DNA from: an uncultured Nitrososphaerota archaeon
GTDB taxonomy: Archaea > Thermoproteota > EX4484-205 > JAAOZP01
DNA length: 64,000 nucleotides
NCBI GenBank assembly: GCA_964416155.1
Contig: CAYQCW010000009.1
Coordinates: forward strand, 1 to 64,000
Direction: 5' to 3'
Shown here: positions 27,989-36,669 of the stretch, piece after piece
Position numbering within the stretch: the stretch's first letter is position 1
Layout of the letters: every line of letters starts with the position of its first letter
The notes under the pieces: generated by a model
Databases searched by the model: none
What the model saw: the letters and a program-made list of their open reading frames with translations, nothing else
Told to the model about the DNA's origin: nothing
Translations under genes and position numbers: made by a program

Positions 27989-29581
27989 CTAGCCTTTCCC
28001 GGCCTCCTCGTATCCGTATGCCCAGGGCACTTCCCTAGCCCATCCTAAGGATCTTTTGACAGCTGCCTTCCAGCCCTTGTACAGTTTCTCTCTCGCATCC
28101 TGGCTAATCATGGGTTTAAACTCCTTCTCCATCCTCCAGTTGTTTTTAACCTCGTCTATGCTCTGCCAGAAGCCCACGGCGAGACCCGCCAGGTAGGCTG
28201 CTCCAAGGCTGGTTGTCTCCTGTACCAGTGGTCGAACAACGGTAGTGTCAAGAATATCCGCTTGGAATTGTAGCAGAAAATCGCTTCTAGACGCGCCGCC
28301 GTCTGCCTTAAGCGTTTCAACCCTTCTGCCAGTATCGTTGCACATTGCTTCAATCACGTCGCGAGTCAAGTAGGCGATGGACTCTAAAACCGCCCTGGCA
28401 ATATGTCTCCTGCTCGTCCCCCTGGTTAAACCTATCACCATGCCTCTCGCATACGGGTCCCAGTATGGTGCTCCAAGCCCCGTGAAAGCCGGTATAAAAT
28501 AGGTGCCCCCAGTCTCTTCAGCAGCCTCAGCCAGAGGGTTAACCTCCCCAGAAACCTCGATTATTTTCAGGCCGTCGCGCAGCCACTGGATGGCTGCGCC
28601 GGTGATAAAGATGCTTCCCTCAAGAGCGTAGACTGCTTTACCGGGTTCAACGCTGTAAAGCACTGTAGCCAGCAGCCCTGTTTTAGAGCGGACCGTGTGC
28701 TCTCCCGTGTTCATCAGTATGAAGTTTCCAGTTCCGTAGGTGCATTTCGCATCGTAGGGTTCAAACCCTGCTTGACCAAGTAGAGCAGACTGCTGGTCTC
28801 CAGCGTCACCCGTCACCGGCTTACTGGATCCTTCGAAAATGCTTGAAACCTCCGGTCCAGTCCAACCATAGACGTTTTTATCGCTGCTGGGCCTCGGCAG
28901 CGCTAGGGCTTCAACAGGTATTTCCCCCTGTATTTCTGCAAGGTCCTCGTCCCAAGCAAGCCTATGTATGTTAAAGAGCATTGTTCTTGAAGCGTTGCTG
29001 TAATCTGTTACGAATGCACCGTTGTACTCCGGGGTTTGAACATTCTGGGAGCCGTTAGTCAGATTCCATATTATCCACGTGTCTATTGTTCCGAAAACGG
29101 CCTCTCTTTTCAAAATCTTCTCACGTAAACCCTGAATGTTTTCAAGCATCCACCATATCTTGGTGCTCGAAAAATAGCTGTCCGGGATCAAACCGGTTTT
29201 CTCGACAATTTCGTTCAAGTAGTTCTCCCGAAGATGGTCGACCAGCTTAGCTGTCCTACGGTCCTGCCATACAATGGCGTTTGAGACAGGTCTTCCTGTT
29301 TTAGGGTTCCATGCTATAACTGTTTCACGCTGATTGGCTACTCCTATCGCAACTATGTCTCTGGGTTTAACACGGGTCTTGTCAAGCACGTTTCTGATGC
29401 AACGCTTAACGTTCAACCATATTTCAAGAGGATCGTGTTCAACCCATCCTGGTTTAGGATAGGTCTGCGAATGCTCAACGTAAAACCAGCCGTTAGGATA
29501 AAGTGTACCATCATGCTTGTACAGTGAGACTCGGGAGCCGGTGGTGCCCTGGTCAATACTCATTACGACCTTTTCACTCAT
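27989..29581 (-). CDS. glpK: Glycerol kinase
   Basis: DQGTT.SR, GWVEHDP, NQRET, WQDRRT, TD.SNASRT, GDQQ.AL.GQ, KCTYGTG.F, F.GLGAPYWD, DGGA. Confidence 0.96.
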   Translation of the reverse strand: MSEKVVMSIDQGTTGSRVSLYKHDGTLYPNGWFYVEHSQTYPKPGWVEHDPLEIWLNVKRCIRNVLDKTRVKPRDIVAIGVANQRETVIAWNPKTGRPVSNAIVWQDRRTAKLVDHLRENYLNEIVEKTGLIPDSYFSSTKIWWMLENIQGLREKILKREAVFGTIDTWIIWNLTNGSQNVQTPEYNGAFVTDYSNASRTMLFNIHRLAWDEDLAEIQGEIPVEALALPRPSSDKNVYGWTGPEVSSIFEGSSKPVTGDAGDQQSALLGQAGFEPYDAKCTYGTGNFILMNTGEHTVRSKTGLLATVLYSVEPGKAVYALEGSIFITGAAIQWLRDGLKIIEVSGEVNPLAEAAEETGGTYFIPAFTGLGAPYWDPYARGMVIGLTRGTSRRHIARAVLESIAYLTRDVIEAMCNDTGRRVETLKADGGASRSDFLLQFQADILDTTVVRPLVQETTSLGAAYLAGLAVGFWQSIDEVKNNWRMEKEFKPMISQDAREKLYKGWKAAVKRSLGWAREVPWAYGYEEAGKG

Positions 29582-29886
29582 TAAACACTGTTTGCAAACC
29601 CCGGAAGCAAATATAAATCTTAATGTGTAGGAGGCACACGTGTGCTCAGCACGCGGGACCAACAGTTCTTAAACTCTTCATCATCTCAACCTGGCCCCAG
29701 GCATGCCGCGTCACGAGTTAAAGACTTCTAGGTGGAAGTGTATTCCCCGAGCATAAATGGCTTCAATGTTGTGATTAAAAGAAGCGTGATGGATGATGCT
29801 GGCTTTGGAAAAAAGGGTTTGTCGTCCTGTCAAAACGTTAAATTCGCAAAGCTTTAAACTTTAGGCTTAACACCGTTTTCTTAAAG

Positions 29887-30066
29887 ATGAAAGTTCTCGT
29901 AATCGCTGGAACCGGCCACATCGGCAGCTACCTTGTTCCACGCCTAGTTTTACGCGGTTACGAAGTGCAGGTTTTGGCAAGAAACCCTAGGCCGCGCTAC
30001 ACTACTGAAGAAATTTACAGGGAATGCGTAGAGTATCTTTTGGAAAGCAGGAAGCTTGTTGTTTAA
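29887..30066 (+). pseudogene. NAD-dependent epimerase/dehydratase with a large in-frame internal deletion
   Basis: MKVLVIAGTGHIGSYLV...ARNPR joined at PRY to a C-terminal-type PRYTTEEIYRECVEYL; only 59 aa. Confidence 0.75.
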
Positions 30067-30069
30067 TGC

Positions 30070-30831
30070 TTAACGGACTCTGACATAGTCTATTTCGAGT
30101 AATGCTCTTTTTCTGTTTTCCTGAGTAGCGTGCCTGTAGACTCCGGCTGGATCGCTTTTCCTAATCTCGTAGACAGCATTATCTATCCAGACGTCTGCAC
30201 GAGTCCTATCCTCCTTAAAGGGGAACGGGATTTTCGCCACCTCCTCACCGTCTACGTAAAAGCTTACACCGTGTTTAACCCATTCTACTCTATACTCGTG
30301 CCACTCGTCAAGCTTAAGCTCCCGCATAGTGGGCTTCGAGGAGACTATGTCTACCCCGATTATTCCACTTGAAACTTTTGAAAGGGTTGAAGCTAAGATA
30401 AACTTGCTGTTTTTCTCGAGAAGCATTATCGGCTGGAAACGGTTCCCGACTTGAGCGAAGAAGCCTGAGAATGGATATGGGCGCCTAGTTCTTAAGTATA
30501 TTAACCAGATTGGTAGAGAGCTGTCTGTAACCATAGTGTGATTCCAGAAGCCCCATCCGGCGCTGCCGTAGTGTTCCCCTAAGAGCCTGGCTTTGGTCTC
30601 GAAAGTCTTAAACATCCAGGGGAGGTCGTCGAAAAGACCGTCAGCTATCTCAGCGTTCGAGTAATAAAGGGCTTCCGTCGGCCCCATCCACATTCTTAAA
30701 ACACTCCCCTCAATCTCGAAGCCAGCATGATTGTCTACCCTCCAACTCCAGTAGGGCGACCTGGTTTCAAAATCATCTGAAAAGCCTCCTTCTTCAACAG
30801 CCCTAGCCCTTAAATTCTTCTGCTCCTCCAT
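30070..30831 (-). CDS. Concanavalin-like/GH16-like beta-sandwich protein
   Basis: FSDDF, GWGFWN, WHEYRVEW....VSFYVDG. Confidence 0.6.
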   Translation of the reverse strand: MEEQKNLRARAVEEGGFSDDFETRSPYWSWRVDNHAGFEIEGSVLRMWMGPTEALYYSNAEIADGLFDDLPWMFKTFETKARLLGEHYGSAGWGFWNHTMVTDSSLPIWLIYLRTRRPYPFSGFFAQVGNRFQPIMLLEKNSKFILASTLSKVSSGIIGVDIVSSKPTMRELKLDEWHEYRVEWVKHGVSFYVDGEEVAKIPFPFKEDRTRADVWIDNAVYEIRKSDPAGVYRHATQENRKRALLEIDYVRVR

Positions 30832-30887
30832 GGTTGAAAAAAATGGTTAAGATTATTTTTAACCGTTTTCCAATCCGCAACACGGGT

Positions 30888-31979
30888 TTAAGATACGGTA
30901 GTAGGTTTAGAACGCTTAGAGTGTTTCGACCCGAATACAGCGTAGGCTAGAACACTAGCGGCAAGCCCGGCTGCCAGTATCGGCAAGCCGTATCTGGCCG
31001 CCCAGAACCTTGCTTCATGAAAGGTGAAAAACGCTCCTTTCAACTCTCGATCCATAAAGTCCAGGATCCTTGAGGAAACCAGCTCTAAAGGAAGATCGTG
31101 GCCAGAATCATACCAGTATACTTGCTTTGGCTCCCCCGCTGCCCTATAAAGCTGCTCGCCGGCTTCAGCCGGGACAATCCGGTCGTATTTCCCAAGGTGG
31201 AAGACTACAGGCTTGGGCGCGAATTTCCCTATGAAGTTGAGAGGGTCAACAGGATTCAGTTTTTCCTGAAGCTCCTTATACGTTATGTTCTGTTCCTCCA
31301 AGTATTTTCTAATCACCGGTATTGCTGGATGCTGGCTCCTCATTATCATCAGGCTCATGTTGCCCCCTGCGACTAGGAGTGCAGCAGCCCTAATCCTGGG
31401 TTCAACGCCTATGAATATTGCTCCTAGAATTCCGCCCATGCTGCCGCCAACGTATCCGATCTTCTCAACATCAATCTCCCCCCTAGTTTCAAGATAGTCC
31501 ACTGCCCTCCTCATGTCAATGATGGTTTGAACTATGCCGTTTCTAGACTCCTCCAGGTTCGGCGAGTATAATGCTTTCCCCTCCTCCCTACGCTCACCAT
31601 GGAACTCAGCGTCTATGGAGATGACAGCGTAGCCCTCGGCTGCAACCAGGCTTGCAAAAGACAATATGTCTTCTTTAGAACCCCCGTAGCCGTGGAGAAA
31701 AACGACGCATGGATGTTTACCGTTGCCTGAAGGTATTGAAATCAGGGCCGGAACCCTTTCGCCGTTCACCGAATTGAAATACACCTTGAATATTTTGCAA
31801 ACCCCCTCGTTCCTGACTAGTTCTTCCACAGGATTCAGAGGAATAGACCGGTCGTAAGCGTAGAATCCTGAGAAATCTTCTTCCGCAAGATAGTTCGAAA
31901 TGGTTGGGGAACCAGCTACGCTGGTGCAGAGTGAAGCCACTAGCATTAGCAGGAGGAAATGAGACGGGGAAAACCTCAT
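30888..31979 (-). CDS. Secreted, membrane-anchored alpha/beta hydrolase (esterase)
   Basis: Signal peptide, HGYGG, GGSMGG nucleophile elbow, D..VP, GH, C-terminal TM helix. Confidence 0.85.
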   Translation of the reverse strand: MRFSPSHFLLLMLVASLCTSVAGSPTISNYLAEEDFSGFYAYDRSIPLNPVEELVRNEGVCKIFKVYFNSVNGERVPALISIPSGNGKHPCVVFLHGYGGSKEDILSFASLVAAEGYAVISIDAEFHGERREEGKALYSPNLEESRNGIVQTIIDMRRAVDYLETRGEIDVEKIGYVGGSMGGILGAIFIGVEPRIRAAALLVAGGNMSLMIMRSQHPAIPVIRKYLEEQNITYKELQEKLNPVDPLNFIGKFAPKPVVFHLGKYDRIVPAEAGEQLYRAAGEPKQVYWYDSGHDLPLELVSSRILDFMDRELKGAFFTFHEARFWAARYGLPILAAGLAASVLAYAVFGSKHSKRSKPTTVS

Positions 31980-32122
31980 CCCGCTCTCCCCGGGTAAAAG
32001 GCTCAACCGGTTTTTCAAACAAGGCTCTAAAGGTTTTTCCGCACCTCTTCCTCCAGAACCAAGGGACATGTTTACACCTGTGTTGAGGATTTTAAAAACA
32101 TATCTTCATTAAAAGCCCCCAT

Positions 32123-32398
32123 TCAAGGGACTCCGAAGCTGAAAATGAAACCGCAGTTTTTACATCTAAAAGCATGATTAGCCATAGGCTCTAAACCGAT
32201 TGAGCTGAAACATTTCGGACAGAAGACCCTGTCCGTTAAACCACCTTGGTATAGTAGTTGAAGTCTATGATTATTCACCACGCTAGTTGTTCTAAACATT
32301 GAAAAAGTCGCGGCTGCAAAAACGATTAGAATTATTGCTAAGGACAGTGGCCATGGGAAGCCTTGCTTGTCAACCATATGGTTTCTCCTCAGCCTCAT
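32123..32398 (-). CDS. Small membrane protein with a Zn ribbon
   Basis: TM helix, then CPKC...CKNCG. Confidence 0.55.
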   Translation of the reverse strand: MRLRRNHMVDKQGFPWPLSLAIILIVFAAATFSMFRTTSVVNNHRLQLLYQGGLTDRVFCPKCFSSIGLEPMANHAFRCKNCGFIFSFGVP

Positions 32399-32491
32399 TC
32401 AACATTGTCGCTCCAAAGGGTTAAAAGCTTTATCCTTGTTTTTTATTTTAAATGCGTTGCCCGAGGTCTGCCGGTTCCTACGGCAATGCTC

Positions 32492-33337
32492 CTAGCCTTC
32501 ACTTGCCTCAACCACTGTTTTCGACGAGAAACGTATGAAGGGATAGCATTCGGGTATGTGCGAGTCCCATACGTAATGGGGGCTCCAGGCCCAGCCTCCA
32601 GAGTCCTGTGCCGGAGGAGCCTCTTTATACTGGTTGAAGCGGAAGAAGTTCATACGCCAGGTTTCTCCATCCTTAGGGGGGAGTGGCCTGTTTTCAGGCA
32701 TGGCGAGCACCCTCATCCCTTTCCAAGGTAAGGCTAGTTCAACCGTCCAGCCCCTATCCCTGTCTTGGTTATTGTTGAGAGTGCCGTCCACATGGATGCC
32801 TGCTCTTAAGCCTGGGAAATCCCAGTTCCAGAACCCTATTCGTCGCCCCCGGGGATGGTTTCTGAAGCCTACTCCTGGGAAAAGCCTTACACCGGGAACG
32901 TCTCTTCTAAACTCTGGAAGCTTACTGTAGCCGGATTTCTCGTAAGCATCCTCCCATATGAAGAGAACCTCATAGAAGGTTCCAAGCGCGTTGATTTCAA
33001 ACTCATAGTAGGCGTCTCTGCCGGAAATAAAGAGCTCCACGTCATTATCCTCGTAGATCGGGGAGTCGCGCTCAGTCAGGGTGGCGGCCACTAGGGGTTC
33101 TTCAACCCAGAATCCGACGTATAGGTTTTCATCATCCCATAGTACTGCTGCATGCGTGTCGTAGAGAGTCGGCTGGCCGCTCACAAGGTCGACAAACCGG
33201 GGGGAGCGAGGCGCCTTTTGCCAACAAGCCTCGTCTAAAAGCCCGTCGACACGGATGGGCTCGTGAACACGGTAGGCTGTGTAGTGTGGAATTTTCTCCT
33301 CGGGGCAGGGAAAGGGTGTAAGGCTCTTAATGCACAT
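32492..33337 (-). CDS. Carbohydrate-binding family 9-like protein
   Basis: I.VDG.LDE..W, WDDENLY, D.VE.FI, YYEFEIN, W.VE.A.PW, WR.NF.R. Confidence 0.85.
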   Translation of the reverse strand: MCIKSLTPFPCPEEKIPHYTAYRVHEPIRVDGLLDEACWQKAPRSPRFVDLVSGQPTLYDTHAAVLWDDENLYVGFWVEEPLVAATLTERDSPIYEDNDVELFISGRDAYYEFEINALGTFYEVLFIWEDAYEKSGYSKLPEFRRDVPGVRLFPGVGFRNHPRGRRIGFWNWDFPGLRAGIHVDGTLNNNQDRDRGWTVELALPWKGMRVLAMPENRPLPPKDGETWRMNFFRFNQYKEAPPAQDSGGWAWSPHYVWDSHIPECYPFIRFSSKTVVEASEG

Positions 33338-33442
33338 GGCTTAATCCTCTAATCTTCTACTCTTAGCTATAAATAAGGATTTAGAATTGCCGGCTAATGC
33401 CTAAATAGGGATTCGCCGCTGGTTAAACAGGCTTGCAGGATA

Positions 33443-33765
33443 ATGGTATTGAACCGGATTCTCGGTGGCCGGCTTACCCGACGTGGTTCGCCGCCTTGAG
33501 GAAAAGGGCTTGTTTAAAGAAGCTCTGGGCACGATAACCGGCTGCTGGCTGAGGGGAGGATGCTCCCCAGGGTTCTCAGATCCAGGTTGGAGTGGGAACT
33601 GGAAAGATTAAGAGGATTGAGTGGGACTACTTTCTTTCAAAAGAGGGTGCTTTCAAATTGCTTAGGGAGCAGATTTCAGATTTAACTATGAGTTCGACGA
33701 ATGGTTGGCGAAAGGCTTCATAGAAAATGTGGGGATAGAGGAGGAAAACCTTTTTTTCGGAAACT
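33443..33765 (+). pseudogene. Frameshifted N-terminal fragment of a probable transglutaminase-domain protein
   Basis: LPDVVRRLEEKGLFKEA / LPRVLRSRLEWELER / RIEWDYFLSKEGAFKLLREQISDLT / EFDEWLAKGFIE; ends at the perfect palindrome. Family call from recalled similarity only. Confidence 0.45.
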
Positions 33766-33777
33766 TAGCGCGCGCTA
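33766..33777. repeat. Perfect palindromic junction motif TAGCGCGCGCTA
   Basis: 12/12 self-complementary. Confidence 0.85.
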
Positions 33778-34015
33778 TTATTTAACTATTCCTGAAAATG
33801 CTTAAGGACAATCCAACACCAGGGCTCGAGCATTAGTCCTACAAGGAAAGGCGATGCTACGGGTTTCTTCACTAATATCCTACCTTAACCGATCTAGAAT
33901 TCGGAATGATTCAAATTAACTATTAGATACGACCCTTTTTCTATCGGATTCTAATTCACGGTTGAAAACCCAACGTCGAATAATCGATCTTGATTTAGAT
34001 TCGTTTAGCGGCGTG

Positions 34016-34110
34016 CGCAAAGTCTTCAAGCTTTTAATAGGAACCTTTGGAAATAACTTGGATCTTACCTCCATACCTCCTGTGAAGCTCAACAGTCTGT
34101 CTTCAATCAC
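34016..34110 (-). pseudogene. N-terminal fragment of a malic enzyme
   Basis: VELHRRYGGKIQVISK / VPIKS / LEDF in shifting frames resembles L.LH....GKI....KVP....EDL; stops before YTPGVA. Confidence 0.5.
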
Positions 34111-34228
34111 GATGTTCGAAGCGCTTCAACAATATTAAGGCTTTCGGCGGCTAGTGTTTTCTTTAACCGAGAAACCGGGGGTAAAGGTTATAAAAACGTT
34201 TAAAAAGCTTACAGGCAAGTTGAGTGGA

Positions 34229-35611
34229 ATGAGAAAGCTGTTCAGCTTCCTGGAACTAGGAAGTGAGGATTTTGCAGACTTCAGGATAACCGAGATGGAG
34301 TCAACATTTATCTCTATTAGAAAAGGGATTGTTGAAGAAGTGTCTCATAACACGAGCATCGGCGGTGCTGCGAGAGTACTGTTCAACGGGGGCTGGGGTT
34401 TCTACTACACTACTGATCTCTCTGTTCAAGGGATAAACGCTGCCTTGGATAAAGCCTACAGGGCGGCTAAAGCTGTTTCGGGAAAGGTTGCTGAAAAGAC
34501 AAGGATTAGGCTGGAGAAAACTTCCGAGGATGATGTTCGCTTGAACGTGAAGATCGATCCCAGAGATGTTTCGCTCGAGGAGAAAGTGAAGACTGCCCTC
34601 GAGTTCGACAAGAGCATATGGAAGGGTAATGAGGGAATAGTTACGACTACAGTTGGGCTCTCTGACAGTGTGAAAAAAGAATATGTTGTGAACAGCCACG
34701 GTTCAGAAGTCCAGTGCGAGGTGTGCAGCATAAGGCTCTCCGGCTCAGCGGTCGCCAAGGAGGGCGACCTTGTTCAAAACGTGAGTACCGCCGTAGGCGG
34801 AAGCAGGGGTTGGGAACTGGTGGAGGAGTTTGAGCATGTGAAGGAGGGCTCGGAGCTGGGTAGAAGAGGTGTCGAGCTTCTGAAGGCCCTGCCCCCTCCC
34901 AGCGGGAGGATGAACATCCTGATGGATCAGAGCCTAGTGGGCGTGTTTATCCACGAGGCATTCGGGCATGCGGCTGAGGCTGATGCTGTTAAGGCCAACA
35001 GGTCCATCCTTTCAGGGTTAATCGGTAAAAAGGTGGGGGTTGAAACAGTAAACGTGGTTGACGATCCCACTATTCCCGGAATGAGAGGATCATATCCTTA
35101 CGATTCGGAAGGAACGAAGGCGGAGAAAAGGGAAATAGTTAGAAACGGTGTCCTAGTCGGGTACCTCCACTCCCTGGAGACCGCTACCCATCTGAACGCT
35201 AAGCCAAACGGTGCCGCTAGAGCAATGAATTTTTCAAGCAAACCCATAGTGAGGATGAGCAACACTCTAGTTGAAAACGGTGAATACCGCTTGGAGGAGC
35301 TTGCTGAACTGGTGAAGAACGGCATATACTTGGCGAAATCCTACGGGGGATATGTTGACCCAGCCAGGGGACAATTCTACTTTACTGCACAGGAGGGCTA
35401 CCTGATCGAAAACGGGAAAATAGGGGAGAAGGTTCAAAACGTGTCAATGTCCGGGTTAACCCTAGACGTGTTGAACAACGTGATAGGCGTAGGAAACGAT
35501 TTGAAGCTAGCATTCCCCGGGACTTGCGGGAAGGATGGGCAGTGGGTCCCTGTTTCCGGAGGAGGGCCGCATCTCGCTGTGAAGGATGTCGTCGTCGGCG
35601 GTAGAAGATAA
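34229..35611 (+). CDS. tldD: TldD-family metalloprotease
   Basis: HEAFGH..EAD, DDP.....GSY.YD.EG, RMSNT, G.CGK.GQ.VPV..GGPH. Confidence 0.95.
   Translation: MRKLFSFLELGSEDFADFRITEMESTFISIRKGIVEEVSHNTSIGGAARVLFNGGWGFYYTTDLSVQGINAALDKAYRAAKAVSGKVAEKTRIRLEKTSEDDVRLNVKIDPRDVSLEEKVKTALEFDKSIWKGNEGIVTTTVGLSDSVKKEYVVNSHGSEVQCEVCSIRLSGSAVAKEGDLVQNVSTAVGGSRGWELVEEFEHVKEGSELGRRGVELLKALPPPSGRMNILMDQSLVGVFIHEAFGHAAEADAVKANRSILSGLIGKKVGVETVNVVDDPTIPGMRGSYPYDSEGTKAEKREIVRNGVLVGYLHSLETATHLNAKPNGAARAMNFSSKPIVRMSNTLVENGEYRLEELAELVKNGIYLAKSYGGYVDPARGQFYFTAQEGYLIENGKIGEKVQNVSMSGLTLDVLNNVIGVGNDLKLAFPGTCGKDGQWVPVSGGGPHLAVKDVVVGGRR
35582..35611 (+). repeat. Degenerate direct repeat, copy 1 (tldD 3' end)
   Basis: AAGGATGTCGTCGTCGGCGGTAGAAGATAA versus 36639-36669. 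Confidence 0.75.
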
Positions 35612-35637
35612 GGTTCTTAATCTGCTACTTATGAGCT

Positions 35638-35910
35638 CTACTCCTCCTTTCTTTCCTTGTGTTTAGGTATAGGGAGATTAAGCTTCTCTGCAATTCTGCG
35701 GGCATCTTCTGCTTCATCGATTATCAGCTCCCAGTCGACTTTGTAACCTCCTTTTTCCGTATAATATAGACATCCAGGTTTAACATCAGGATGTGCGTCA
35801 AACAACTTTTCTAACATTTCCTTCTCTTCCTCTAAATTTGGTGGTTTAGATTCATTCTTCCAGAGATCAGCACCTTGGAAGAAAATGATGAACTGCTTGG
35901 GGCGTAGTGC
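35638..35910 (-). pseudogene. Hypothetical gene fragment within the insert
   Basis: 90-codon open frame (ALRPKQFIIFFQGADLWK...KERKEE*) preceded by stops, no proper start. Confidence 0.4.
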
Positions 35911-35928
35911 ATATTAGCTTTCTAGTTA

Positions 35929-36542
35929 TTAGGGTTGCGATTCGGAGCCTAAAGCATGCTCTATCATCATCTTCTCATAAAGCCTTTTCTTTGAATCTAG
36001 TCTTTCTAGTCTTCTCAACTCCCGCATTCTAGCTCGTTCTTTTTCTGGAACGAGTCTAAGCATGTCTTCAGATTCATGCAAATCAATTATACAGCCCCTT
36101 ACCGCTTCACGAATGGTCCTTTCTATATCTTCTCTCGAAAACTCCTTGTCTATTAATTCCTTTATCAACTCCCCTCCACTAAGTCATTTCACATTTCTCT
36201 TTATAGTATGTCTTCAATCGCCTTTTCCAATCGTTCCGTCTTGTTAATCTCTCCCTCTCTTTTTACCTCCGGGATCCAGTAATATGATCGTGCTTTACTA
36301 TTATAATGTAACAGTTTCTTTCTCTCGGCTTCATAGATTATGTCTTCCGCATCATCACGATCTATGTCCATCTCCTTCAGCCTACCGAGCAATCCTCTAC
36401 GTGTCATTGCCTTTACCTGTCCATCCTTAAATATCGAATTGATCAAAGAAGGAGCTAACCCTATGACCTCCCTCCGTTTCTTCATGACTTTCTCCTCATC
36501 TAGGTTATCAGGATGCTTGAACTTCTTTCTAATCATATTCAT
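35929..36542 (-). pseudogene. Hypothetical protein with two winged-helix-like repeats, split into ORFs 36201-36542 and 35929-36168
   Basis: MTRRGLLGRLKEMDIDRDDAEDIIYEA resembles MT...ELIKELIDKEFSREDIERTIREA; frame broken around 36170-36200. Confidence 0.45.
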
Positions 36543-36638
36543 GATTAGCCTATTTCCTCTTATCGCATAAAGTTTTTAAACACACTGTCGCAACAAGAAC
36601 TCTCGATGAATACTGGTTTCCAAGAGGAACGCAAACTA

Positions 36639-36669
36639 AGGGGTGTTGTCGTCGGGGGGTAGGAGATAG
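36639..36669 (+). repeat. Degenerate direct repeat, copy 2 (abuts the pmbA ATG)
   Basis: AGGGGTGTTGTCGTCGGGGGGTAGGAGATAG; 6 mismatches and 1 gap versus copy 1. Confidence 0.75.
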
